A DNA stretch of 64,000 nucleotides, taken from NCBI GenBank assembly GCA_964542785.1, contig CAZIUK010000001.1:261115-325114 (forward strand), given 5' to 3'. A model generated the notes under the pieces. It did not search any database, had not been told where the DNA came from, and saw only the letters and a program-made list of their open reading frames with translations. A program made the translations under genes and the position numbers. Source of the stretch: an uncultured Planctomycetales bacterium (GTDB taxonomy: Bacteria; Omnitrophota; Gorgyraeia; Gygaellales; Profunditerraquicolaceae). Positions 9,387 to 17,954 of the stretch are shown here, piece by piece (positions within the stretch are counted from its first letter, which is position 1; each line of letters opens with the position of its first letter).

Positions 9387-11567
9387 ATGGCGCAAGAAGA
9401 TATTTTAGTTTTAGAGGTTATCCGTGAGGGGGATCTGCTTAAGATGAGTATCTTAGGCAGTAAAGAGTTATCCCCTACCTTAAAGCACTATACGGAGCAT
9501 AAGGTTGATTTTTTAGAGATTGGTAGGCTCTGCCAAGAGATAACCCTTATTTTAAATAAGCCTCTATGTTCGGATGCGGCCGTTGCCCAGAGCCTTAAGA
9601 AAACCGGTTATGCTCTCTGGGATTGTTTATTTACCCGTTTAATAAAAGAAAAGTTAAAAAATAGCTTAGACTCAAGTCTTTTGCTTGAGATAGATGAAGA
9701 GCTTGTTTTTATACCTTGGGAGCTTCTCTTTGACGGAGAAGAGTTCTTGTCTTTAAGCTTTAATCTCGGAAGGCTGGTAAAGACAAAATCCACTCCGCCT
9801 TTTTTAAACTACCGCAGTTTATCTTTTACCTACAAGATGCTTGTTTTGGTTAATCCTACCGGGGATTTAAAGGGGGCTTATTTAGAAGGTATGAATATAA
9901 AAAACCAGTTTGACCGTAAGCGTAAAAATATCCGTATAGATTTTAAATCAACCGATATAGACAAGCTTTATGTAAAAAAAAGCATCTGTGATTATGATAT
10001 TATTCATTTTGCCGGGCATTGCGAATACGATTGCCGCAATCCAAACAATAGCGGTTGGGTTTTAAAAGATGGAAATTTTAGCATTCAGGATATTTTAAAA
10101 CTTGGTTCGGGGATCTCTTTACCGGCTTTAATATTTTCTAATGCCTGTAATTCTGCAAAGCAGGTATCATATAGCGACAAATTAGATGCAGATTACCAGA
10201 AGAAGAGCTACTCTTTGGCTTCAGCTTTCTTATTTGCCGGGGTGCGCCATTATATAGGTTCGGTAATGAAGATAGAGGATAAGGCAAGCGTTGTATTTGC
10301 AAAAGAATTTTACCGTAACTTAATCTCCGGTAAATCTATTGGCTTAGCATTGCGACTTTCAAGGATTAAGCTTGTAAATGAATACGGTATCTCTTCGGTC
10401 CAATGGGGCAATTACCTTCTTTATGGGGACCCGAGTTTTGTTATGTTTAGGCCTAAGGTTGTTAAGCATAAGAAAAAGTTTATTCTTCCTAAAAAACGTA
10501 TTATACAGTTAGCTTCTTTAGCGCTTTCTATTTTATTTATAGTTTTCTTATCTTTATTCTTGCCGACGCTTAACCCTAACGCGTATCTTCTTTTTTTAAG
10601 GGCGCAGGGTTATTATACTCAAGGGGTAAATCAAAAAGCATTTGATTTTGCGCAGAAGGCTATAGATAAAGATAGGGATTTCCTTAAGGCCTATCCGATT
10701 TTAGCCGGCTCTGTCCATCGGATGGGCAAGAAAGATGAAGCTATAAAATATTATTTTGATTATATAATGGCTTCAGAGAGGAAAAAAGATGACCGGCATT
10801 TAGCCTCTGCCTATATATCTTTAGGCTGGTTTTATCATCTTGACGGCGAATATAAGAGGGCTAAGGATTTTTATGAAAAGGGGATTACTTTAAGCACTAA
10901 GAGTTTAGATAAATCAAGCGAGGCTTTAGCTTTAAGAAAGCTTGCTGTCTGGCATATAGATATGCAGGAATATGATACTGCTCTTGAATTGCTGACTAAG
11001 AGTTCGGAGATAAATCGCCAGAAGCAACACTTATTTGAACATCGTTATAACCTTGCCTGTGATTATTTTGATATAGGGTTAGTTTTTACGGAGAAGGGTG
11101 ATTTTAAATCAGCAGAGGAGTTTTACCGCAGGAGTAAGGTTCTTTTTGAGAAGATTAATCTTAAAGGAGAGCTAAGTGATTATTATTTTAATTTAGGTGA
11201 GCTTTATGTTTTTGAGAAACATTACGAGAAAGCGCTGAGTTCTTATCTTGAGGGTTTAAAGATAGATCAAATCCAGGGGAATAAATTAAACCTTCCTTCG
11301 GATTACAATATGATAGGTGAGCTTTATTTTGATATGGATAACTTTGTTGATGCGGAGGATAGTTTTAAGGCTGCTTTGAAGATAGCCGAGGAGATTAGGT
11401 CAAGGCCGGACATAGCCGAAGCCGCTTACAACTTAGGTATTCTTTATAAAAAGTTAGGCAGAAAGAATAAAAGTAGGGAGTTTTTACGCCAAGCGCAGGA
11501 GATTTACGGGGTGATTGATCCTTTATCTTACGAAGAGGTTAAAAAAGAGATTTTAGGTGGTCCTTGA
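9387..11567 (+). CDS. CHAT-domain (caspase-like) protease fused to one TM helix and C-terminal TPR repeats
   Basis: DIIHFAGHCEY (His) and LIFSNACNSAK (Cys) form the CHAT catalytic dyad. Hydrophobic segment IIQLASLALSILFIVFLSLFLP, then ~330 aa of TPR-like repeats. Confidence 0.7.
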   Translation: MAQEDILVLEVIREGDLLKMSILGSKELSPTLKHYTEHKVDFLEIGRLCQEITLILNKPLCSDAAVAQSLKKTGYALWDCLFTRLIKEKLKNSLDSSLLLEIDEELVFIPWELLFDGEEFLSLSFNLGRLVKTKSTPPFLNYRSLSFTYKMLVLVNPTGDLKGAYLEGMNIKNQFDRKRKNIRIDFKSTDIDKLYVKKSICDYDIIHFAGHCEYDCRNPNNSGWVLKDGNFSIQDILKLGSGISLPALIFSNACNSAKQVSYSDKLDADYQKKSYSLASAFLFAGVRHYIGSVMKIEDKASVVFAKEFYRNLISGKSIGLALRLSRIKLVNEYGISSVQWGNYLLYGDPSFVMFRPKVVKHKKKFILPKKRIIQLASLALSILFIVFLSLFLPTLNPNAYLLFLRAQGYYTQGVNQKAFDFAQKAIDKDRDFLKAYPILAGSVHRMGKKDEAIKYYFDYIMASERKKDDRHLASAYISLGWFYHLDGEYKRAKDFYEKGITLSTKSLDKSSEALALRKLAVWHIDMQEYDTALELLTKSSEINRQKQHLFEHRYNLACDYFDIGLVFTEKGDFKSAEEFYRRSKVLFEKINLKGELSDYYFNLGELYVFEKHYEKALSSYLEGLKIDQIQGNKLNLPSDYNMIGELYFDMDNFVDAEDSFKAALKIAEEIRSRPDIAEAAYNLGILYKKLGRKNKSREFLRQAQEIYGVIDPLSYEEVKKEILGGP

Positions 11568-11601
11568 CAAAGGCTATAAAAATATGTTATACTTCTTTTG
11601 T

Positions 11602-11632
11602 AATTTGACAATTTGACAATTTGACAATTTGG
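11602..11632 (+). repeat. 8-nt tandem repeat (aatttgac) x ~3.9 carrying three TTGACA hexamers at 8-bp phase
   Basis: taATTTGACAATTTGACAATTTGACAATTTGg read directly. Confidence 0.9.
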
Positions 11633-11727
11633 TATTTTACCTAATGAAAAGGCTAACCAACAGTAATGTTGGGGCGCAAAGCTACCTGACCTAAGCTTTA
11701 AGGTTAGAGGGGTTGCCAAAAGGATGC

Positions 11728-11758
11728 ACCCTAAAGAATCCTTTAGGGTTTTTGTTTT
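11728..11758 (+). terminator. rho-independent terminator (first of a tandem pair)
   Basis: Perfect 9-bp stem accctaaag/ctttagggt, 4-nt loop, then TTTTGTTTT. Confidence 0.7.
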
Positions 11759-11761
11759 ACA

Positions 11762-11797
11762 CCCGGCATACCCTTAGTCTGCCGGGTTTTTCTTTAT
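11762..11797 (+). terminator. rho-independent terminator (second of a tandem pair)
   Basis: Stem cccggca/tgccggg followed by TTTTTCTTTATT. Confidence 0.6.
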
Positions 11798-11835
11798 TGA
11801 AGCCACGGGCTGTATTAAATACGCGATAGCAATAG

Positions 11836-11872
11836 AGGGGCGCTCTATGTAAAAAGGAGATAGAGTGCCCCT
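11836..11872 (+). promoter_or_regulatory. 13-bp stem-loop in the 5' leader of the small ORF at 11918
   Basis: aggggcgctctat / atagagtgcccct (one G.U), loop gtaaaaaggag. No U-tract follows, so not a terminator. Confidence 0.4.
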
Positions 11873-11917
11873 TAAAGGAGAGAGAGGGGGGTAGGAGATG
11901 AAAAGGAGGTGTATTTT

Positions 11918-12166
11918 ATGATAAAATCCGAGAAACAAATTACGGCGCATAGGGTGATAACGATGTTGGGCCGTAGAGAGATAGATTTTTTGGATAAGAT
12001 GGGCAAGGACGCCTTGTTTTCAACCGGGCGTAAGCTTTCTTATAATGAAATACTGCGGGGGCTTATCAGTTTTGCCATGGAAGCAGGCGTCTCAGGTGAC
12101 AATATAGATTCTTCTGATGCCCTTAAGATAAAGCTTATTGAGTGGGTATCTAAAAATAAAGGATAA
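11918..12166 (+). CDS. small hypothetical protein (83 aa), possibly ribbon-helix-helix-like N-terminus
   Basis: AGGAGG Shine-Dalgarno 8 nt before the ATG at 11918. The track's GTG start at 11909 lies inside the Shine-Dalgarno. No confident homology. Confidence 0.4.
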   Translation: MIKSEKQITAHRVITMLGRREIDFLDKMGKDALFSTGRKLSYNEILRGLISFAMEAGVSGDNIDSSDALKIKLIEWVSKNKG

Positions 12167-12190
12167 AAATTAATAAAAAAAGGAGGTAAG

Positions 12191-12628
12191 ATGTATAAGA
12201 AAATAGCAGTAGTTTTAGTTGTTGCCTTTCTTCTTTCGTTGGGATTAAATAGTATTGTTATGGCGGATTTAGAGGGGTGTGATGAAAATTATACGGAAGT
12301 AGTTATAATTCAAAGGATACCCGTAATTGATGCGGATAAGATACTTTATAAGGAAGGCCCTTTGAATAAGTTGGATAGGGGTATTATAAATGGCGCAACT
12401 TTTTGGACTGAGCTTCCTGCTGAGGTAGCAAAAGTTTCTAAAGAGCAGAATCCTGCTATGGGAGCTACTGTAGGCGTGGTACAAGGGACAATCACAAGCA
12501 TGATTCGCGCCGGTACAGCGTTATTTGATACGCTTACTTTTTTTATCCCTCCGTATGACAAGTCAATTATGAAGCCTGAATATGCGATTAGCCGTGCTGA
12601 TGTTAAGGTAAAGGACATTTTTTGGTAA
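12191..12628 (+). CDS. small secreted protein (signal peptide; hypothetical)
   Basis: N-terminus MYKKIAVVLVVAFLLSLGLNSIVMA is a signal peptide. AAAGGAGG Shine-Dalgarno. Confidence 0.5.
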   Translation: MYKKIAVVLVVAFLLSLGLNSIVMADLEGCDENYTEVVIIQRIPVIDADKILYKEGPLNKLDRGIINGATFWTELPAEVAKVSKEQNPAMGATVGVVQGTITSMIRAGTALFDTLTFFIPPYDKSIMKPEYAISRADVKVKDIFW

Positions 12629-12646
12629 GTTGTTTTTTACCTTGAT

Positions 12647-12679
12647 AAGCGCCTTAGAGAAATCTAGGGCGCTTTTTTT
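12647..12679 (+). terminator. rho-independent terminator
   Basis: agcgccttag/ctagggcgct stem then TTTTTTT. Confidence 0.6.
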
Positions 12680-12726
12680 GTTAGATTTTCCTGCCTTATA
12701 CGTCTATTAGGGTAGGAGGTGGCAAA

Positions 12727-14316
12727 ATGAAAAGAAGAGGTTGGTTATGGGGTTTTAGCGGTACAGTCTTGTTTGTCTTATTGGTTGTATCTTTGTCTTG
12801 GGCTGGGAATGATTGGGATAATATTAGCAAGGAGATGCGTAATGCTAGGACAGTGTTTATTGACCCTGACGATACAAATGTAATTTATTTAGGTACGGAT
12901 AAAGGGCTTTTTAAAAGTTATGATGCAGGTGAGTCCTGGAAGAATCTTTTCTTGGCTAAAGTTAAGAATATAAGCGTTAATTTTATCTTTTTAAAACCTG
13001 AGGATAAGAATATTTTTTATGTGGCTACAGAAGAGGGGCTTTTTTATAGTGAGGATAAGGGGGTTAGATGGAGTAGGATATTTAAAGGCAAGGATAGATT
13101 AGAGGCGAATTGTTCCAGCGTGGTAGCGTTTAGGGAGAGCATCTTCTTAGGGACCAGTCAGGGGTTGTTTATAAGTAAGGATAGAGGTAGGAGTTGGCAT
13201 AAGCAGGGGGGTAGGTTAGGCAGGGCTGTTATTTTTAATATCCTTTCTTTCCTTAAGAATCCTGCTTTACTTTATATCTCTTCTTCTGATGGGGTCTTTA
13301 AGAGCGTAGATTATGGAAAAAACTGGGAGAGGGTTTTTATTTCAACCTCTAAGGATAGCGAAGAAGAAGAGGATGATAATGCCTTAGAGGATGTAGATGA
13401 AGATGCAGGATATTCTGATATAAGGCAGGTGGCTTTTTGCCTTGATAATCCAGATAGGCTTTTATTAGCTACATCAACTGGGATTTATCAAAGCAAGGAT
13501 AGCGCTTTAACTTGGGAGAAGTTCTCTGATTTTGGGTTACTTAGCTATGATGTTTCGTTTCTTTTTTGTGAGGAAGAGTCCCGTATATATTGCGCTACAA
13601 AATCAGGGATTTTTGTTTATGCTAAAGATAGGTGGGAGGAGCTTTCTTTGGGGCTTTCTTTTAAAAAGGTTAATTTCTTAGCTTTAGATAGGAATAATAG
13701 TCTTTATGCCTGTCTTGACAGCGGTTTATTTAGGCTAAGCTTAAAGGAATCTTTAGAGAAGAAAGATATTATAGAGGTTTATTTTAATAATGAGCCTACT
13801 ATAGCTGAAGTTCAAAGAGAGGCGATTAAATATGCTGAGGTCGGCCCTGAGAAGATATCTAACTGGAGGAGGCAGGCAGCTAAGAAAGCCTGGTTGCCTA
13901 AACTTACCCTTAAGTCAGATATAGACAGGAATAAAACAACTTCTAAGAGTATCTGGGGGACCTCTGGGACTAGTACTTATGATGGGAAGCATTACGTTGG
14001 ACCCGATGATGAGACGAGATATAATAATTTTAATTGGGATGTCTCTTTAGCATGGGATTTTGGCGATTTAATCTGGAATAGTGCTCAGACAAGCATAGAT
14101 GTGCGTTCGCGGTTGATGGTTCAGCTTCGGGATAGCATACTTGACGAGGTAAATAAGATCTATTTTGAGCGTATTAGGGTTAAGGCAGAGATAGACAATC
14201 TTTCTATTGAGGAGAGAAAGAAGAGGTTTGAAAAGGAGTTAAAGTTAAGGGAGCTTACTGCTTCTTTGGATGGTTTAACTGGAGGCTTTTTTTCTGCGCA
14301 ATTAAGCAAGAAGTAA
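12727..14316 (+). CDS. secreted BNR/Asp-box repeat (beta-propeller) protein with C-terminal coiled-coil region
   Basis: Signal peptide, then at least five S/T-x-D-x-G-x-x-W repeats (YDAGESW, EDKGVRW, KDRGRSW, VDYGKNW, KDSALTW). Acidic linker EEEEDDNALEDVDED. Confidence 0.6.
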   Translation: MKRRGWLWGFSGTVLFVLLVVSLSWAGNDWDNISKEMRNARTVFIDPDDTNVIYLGTDKGLFKSYDAGESWKNLFLAKVKNISVNFIFLKPEDKNIFYVATEEGLFYSEDKGVRWSRIFKGKDRLEANCSSVVAFRESIFLGTSQGLFISKDRGRSWHKQGGRLGRAVIFNILSFLKNPALLYISSSDGVFKSVDYGKNWERVFISTSKDSEEEEDDNALEDVDEDAGYSDIRQVAFCLDNPDRLLLATSTGIYQSKDSALTWEKFSDFGLLSYDVSFLFCEEESRIYCATKSGIFVYAKDRWEELSLGLSFKKVNFLALDRNNSLYACLDSGLFRLSLKESLEKKDIIEVYFNNEPTIAEVQREAIKYAEVGPEKISNWRRQAAKKAWLPKLTLKSDIDRNKTTSKSIWGTSGTSTYDGKHYVGPDDETRYNNFNWDVSLAWDFGDLIWNSAQTSIDVRSRLMVQLRDSILDEVNKIYFERIRVKAEIDNLSIEERKKRFEKELKLRELTASLDGLTGGFFSAQLSKK

Positions 14317-14421
14317 TGGTTTATATTATTTTTCTTTGACGTCAGTATTATTTGTGCTATGATAAAGTTGTTTTGGGTCAGAAGGTTTAGAAATGTTTTT
14401 GAAAAAGAAGGAGGAGAGAAG

Positions 14422-14793
14422 ATGGGGAAGTTAAATGTTAAGGCCTTTGGTTTAGCTTTAGGTATAGTTTGGGGAGGTTTAGTTTTTATACTGGGGATAT
14501 TGAATATTCTTTTCTGGAACAACTTTTTGTTTAGGCTTATGCCTTTAGCTTATCTTAGTTGCCGCTCTACAGTCTTGGGAAATATAATTTCGGCAGCTTG
14601 GGCTTTTATCTATGCAAGCTTATTCGGCTACCTTATTGCTTGGCTCTATAATAGGATTGTAGTTGAAATACATATGGAGAGGGAAGATAAGGTTAAAAAA
14701 TTAGCTAAAAAGATTTGGGAGAAGAAGGGCAAGCCCTTTGGAAGCGAGAAAGACGATTGGAGAGAGGCAGAGAGGATTATAGACAACAAGTAG
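14422..14793 (+). CDS. membrane protein with C-terminal DUF2934-like motif
   Basis: Two or three TM helices, then KKIWEKKGKPFGSEKDDWREAERII, which matches the DUF2934 consensus (WE..G.P.G...DW..AE). Start set at the Met after the GGAGGAGAG Shine-Dalgarno. Confidence 0.45.
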   Translation: MGKLNVKAFGLALGIVWGGLVFILGILNILFWNNFLFRLMPLAYLSCRSTVLGNIISAAWAFIYASLFGYLIAWLYNRIVVEIHMEREDKVKKLAKKIWEKKGKPFGSEKDDWREAERIIDNK

Positions 14794-14798
14794 ATTTA

Positions 14799-15638
14799 TC
14801 AGGGGCGGATATTTAGCAATAAGATTTGTTTTACAACTTTATTAATAGTCTCTTTTGGAGTAGAGGCCCCTGCTGTTATCCCGACCCTTTTAGCATTTCT
14901 AAACCAAGAAGGATTTAGCTCTTCTTTTGCGTTCACCCACCAGCTATTTTTGTTTAGGCTTTTGGATATTTCGTAAAGTCTTTTGGTATTTGCGCTTTTT
15001 TTAGACCCGATTATTATCATGCAATCATTCTGATTAGGCATATTTTCTATCTCTGCCTGCTTTATCCGCGTAGGTTTGCAGATAGTGTTAAAAAATTTTA
15101 AATCAGGTATATGTTTTTTAAGCACGTTTACAATATCTAAAGTATTTTTTATCTTTTGCGTGGATTGAACGACCGCGCATCCTTTTTTAATCTTTTTAAG
15201 GGGCAGTTTTAAGGTGTTTTCAATAACCAATGCCTTCTTTTTTAGCTGGCCGCTTATTCCAAGTACTTCATCATGTTTTTTATCTCCGATTACTATAATC
15301 CTGTAGCCTTTTTTCTCCATCTTTGCGGCAATTTTATGTATCTCTTTTACCATCGGACAGGTAGCGTCTATAATCTTATATTTCATTCTTCTTGCAGTTT
15401 TAAATACCTTTAAAGGTTCTCCGTGGGCGCGGATAATTAATATCTTTCCTTTAGAATATTCTAAGTTTTTTATCTTTTTAATCCCGTATCTAGATAGCTG
15501 AGAAGTTACCTCCTCGTTGTGGACTATATCTCCCAACATGACCACATTACTATTCTCTTTGGCGGTGTTTATTGCGATATCAAGGGCTCTTTTTACCCCG
15601 AAACAGAACCCGGCAGATTTTGCAATATTTATGCGCAT
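14799..15638 (-). CDS. ispH: 4-hydroxy-3-methylbut-2-enyl diphosphate reductase
   Basis: MRINIAKSAGFCFGVKRAL N-terminus, conserved Cys. Start trimmed to Met 12 of the track ORF. Confidence 0.88.
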   Translation of the reverse strand: MRINIAKSAGFCFGVKRALDIAINTAKENSNVVMLGDIVHNEEVTSQLSRYGIKKIKNLEYSKGKILIIRAHGEPLKVFKTARRMKYKIIDATCPMVKEIHKIAAKMEKKGYRIIVIGDKKHDEVLGISGQLKKKALVIENTLKLPLKKIKKGCAVVQSTQKIKNTLDIVNVLKKHIPDLKFFNTICKPTRIKQAEIENMPNQNDCMIIIGSKKSANTKRLYEISKSLNKNSWWVNAKEELNPSWFRNAKRVGITAGASTPKETINKVVKQILLLNIRP

Positions 15639-15639
15639 A

Positions 15640-16680
15640 TTAAATTTTAAGTATGTCTTCTGAAAATTCACGCAAGGTATTGCGGTATTCAGGTTTTATT
15701 TTAATCTCGTCAAGTAATTTTTCTGATTTATCTTTCAGTATATGTATTTGGTTTTTTGCATATTGCAGGCTTTTATATTTTAAGAGTATTTTACGCATAA
15801 GCATCAACTCTTTTTTCCCTACTGAGTTTTTTTTGAATATACGCCGTATATTACCTTTATCTTTTATTGAGGCATGTTTATAGGCGTGCCATATTAGTAT
15901 TGTTTTTTTAGCTTCAGCCAGGTCAGAGAGGTTGGATTTACCTATAGTAGAAGATTCACCGAAGATACCGATTATATCATCTTTAATTTGAAATGCCCTG
16001 CCTAAACTCATTCCATAGGCAAAGAGTTTATTTATTTGTCTTTCTTTAGCTTTTGCCAAGGTAGCCCCTATGGCAAGAGGAGAGGCAAAGGTGTAGTTTG
16101 CTGTTTTGTAGTCATAAACTTTGTAAATCTCTTGCCTAGAAACTTTTTCTATTGGTTTGGTTGTTAGTAAAAGCTCTATGAATTCTCCGCTTTCGGTATG
16201 CAAGGTTGTTAGAATAAGTTTCCTTAATGCTTGTTCTTTTTGTTTAAGATTTTCTTTTATGGCGAGAAAAGCATCCAATGCCATTGCATAGAGGATATCT
16301 CCTGTTATTATGGCAAGGTCTTTTCCTGAGAACTTAAGATTTCTTTTTGTTTTAAGAGAGCGATTAAAGGCTGCATGCATAGATAGCTTGCCTCTGCGCA
16401 TTTGCGATTTATCAATAATATCATCATGGATAAGCAAGAAATCATGCAACAATTCTAAAGATACTGCGCTTCTATAAAGACCATAAGGAAGTTTTTTGCT
16501 AAAACCTAAATACCCTATGCAGAAGAGCGTGGGCCGGACTCTTTTTCCTTTGCGTAAGATAAATTCTTTTATGCTGGAAGATAATAGATAAGATAGTTTT
16601 TTTAAGCCGTAGAGGGTGTCTAAATTAAGGGTGTAATTAATAATCTCTTTTTCTACGCGTTTTTTTATTCTTAAATACAT
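15640..16680 (-). CDS. polyprenyl diphosphate synthase (IspB/GGPP-synthase family)
   Basis: Two aspartate-rich motifs: LIHDDIIDKSQMRRGK and FQIKDDIIG. Confidence 0.82.
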   Translation of the reverse strand: MYLRIKKRVEKEIINYTLNLDTLYGLKKLSYLLSSSIKEFILRKGKRVRPTLFCIGYLGFSKKLPYGLYRSAVSLELLHDFLLIHDDIIDKSQMRRGKLSMHAAFNRSLKTKRNLKFSGKDLAIITGDILYAMALDAFLAIKENLKQKEQALRKLILTTLHTESGEFIELLLTTKPIEKVSRQEIYKVYDYKTANYTFASPLAIGATLAKAKERQINKLFAYGMSLGRAFQIKDDIIGIFGESSTIGKSNLSDLAEAKKTILIWHAYKHASIKDKGNIRRIFKKNSVGKKELMLMRKILLKYKSLQYAKNQIHILKDKSEKLLDEIKIKPEYRNTLREFSEDILKI

Positions 16681-16768
16681 AGAATTATGCTAACATATTA
16701 ATTATAGCAATGCAAACTATATGATAAATAAACTTGCGCTTATTTACTTTAGATGATAAATTAATCTT

Positions 16769-17944
16769 ATGCTTAAGAAGAAGAGGATTTGTTTTATTTT
16801 AGTTTTTATCTTTTTTTTGTCTTTTCCTTTGCTTTTTGCAGGAGAGAAGAAGGATAATTTGAAGGTTTTTATCTTTCAATCCCCTTTATGTAGTAGGTGC
16901 GCTGAGATAAAAAAGAGCATTATGCCTGCTATTGAAAAAGAATATAAAGGGAAGGTTAATTTTGATTACCTTGATGTTACGGATGTAAAAAATTATAAGT
17001 TTTTATTAGGCCTTAGAGAAGAGTATGGGTCCAATATAGAATTGGCTCTTCCGGTTTTCTTTGTCGGAGGTAGTTTTTTAAATGGGAACTCAGATCTTAA
17101 GAATATGCTGCCGATTTATATAGAGGGAAGTTTTCCAATCTCAGAGGATAAGATAAATAGTACTATAGTAGATTTAGTTGAGCACTTTAAGACTTTTAAG
17201 CCTTTGGTTATTGTCGGTTCCGGGTTGGCAGATGGGATAAACCCATGCGCTTTTACAGTTATAGTATTTTTTATCTCTTATCTTGCTCTGCAGGGATATA
17301 GGAAGAGGGAGCTTCTGATGATAGGGTTTGGGTTTATAGGAGCAGTTTTTGCTACTTATACTTTTATTGGATTAGGGGTCTTTAATTTTCTTTACCGCTT
17401 GAAGGCTTTCTGGTTTTTTTCTAAAGCGCTTAATATCGGGGTAGGGGTTTTAAGCATCTTGCTAGGGGTTTTTACGGTTTATGATATCTTTAAGTTTAAG
17501 ATGACAGAGGATACAGAGGGGATGATATTGCAACTGCCTAGTGCTATAAAAAAAAGGATACATTCAATTATTGGACTGCATTATCGTAAATCGACCCAAG
17601 ATAGCCAATTTTTAGCCAAACCTCCTTTATTCCGTTTACTCTTAAGTGCTTTGATAACAGGTTTTTTAGTTTCGCTTCTTGAGGCGGTGTGCACCGGGCA
17701 GCTTTACTTGCCTACTATAGCATATGTTTTAAAGACTACCCCATTAAAACTTCAGGCGTTCTTATATTTGATAGTTTATAATATTATGTTTATTCTTCCG
17801 CTCTTGGCAATATTTGCTATGGCTTTACTGGGCGTAGGTTCAAATACCTTTTCTCTGCTTTTAAAGAAGCGCCTGCCTTTAATAAAGGCGCTCATGGCTC
17901 TTTTTTTCTTTTCTTTAGGCGTTCTTTTGATTTGGAGAGGGTAA
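16769..17944 (+). CDS. thiol:disulfide interchange protein (DsbD/CcdA-type)
   Basis: N-terminal thioredoxin-like domain with a CxxC motif (CSRC); TM core with the DsbD motif NPCAF and a second Cys EAVCTG. Confidence 0.65.
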   Translation: MLKKKRICFILVFIFFLSFPLLFAGEKKDNLKVFIFQSPLCSRCAEIKKSIMPAIEKEYKGKVNFDYLDVTDVKNYKFLLGLREEYGSNIELALPVFFVGGSFLNGNSDLKNMLPIYIEGSFPISEDKINSTIVDLVEHFKTFKPLVIVGSGLADGINPCAFTVIVFFISYLALQGYRKRELLMIGFGFIGAVFATYTFIGLGVFNFLYRLKAFWFFSKALNIGVGVLSILLGVFTVYDIFKFKMTEDTEGMILQLPSAIKKRIHSIIGLHYRKSTQDSQFLAKPPLFRLLLSALITGFLVSLLEAVCTGQLYLPTIAYVLKTTPLKLQAFLYLIVYNIMFILPLLAIFAMALLGVGSNTFSLLLKKRLPLIKALMALFFFSLGVLLIWRG

Positions 17945-17954
17945 TTTAAAAAAA

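Noticed and set aside
11602-11632. Reading the three TTGACA boxes as three overlapping sigma-70 promoters
   Set aside because: No acceptable -10 hexamer at 16-18 nt from any of them. More likely a repeat or operator array, so it is reported as a repeat rather than a promoter.
11528-11719. 63-aa - strand ORF across the repeat/terminator region
   Set aside because: Spans the tandem repeat and terminator-bearing non-coding region; no Shine-Dalgarno; low-complexity translation.
14160-14522. 120-aa - strand ORF overlapping the end of the BNR gene and the start of the DUF2934 gene
   Set aside because: Antisense to two + strand genes that have Shine-Dalgarno sequences; Lys/Phe-rich low-complexity product.
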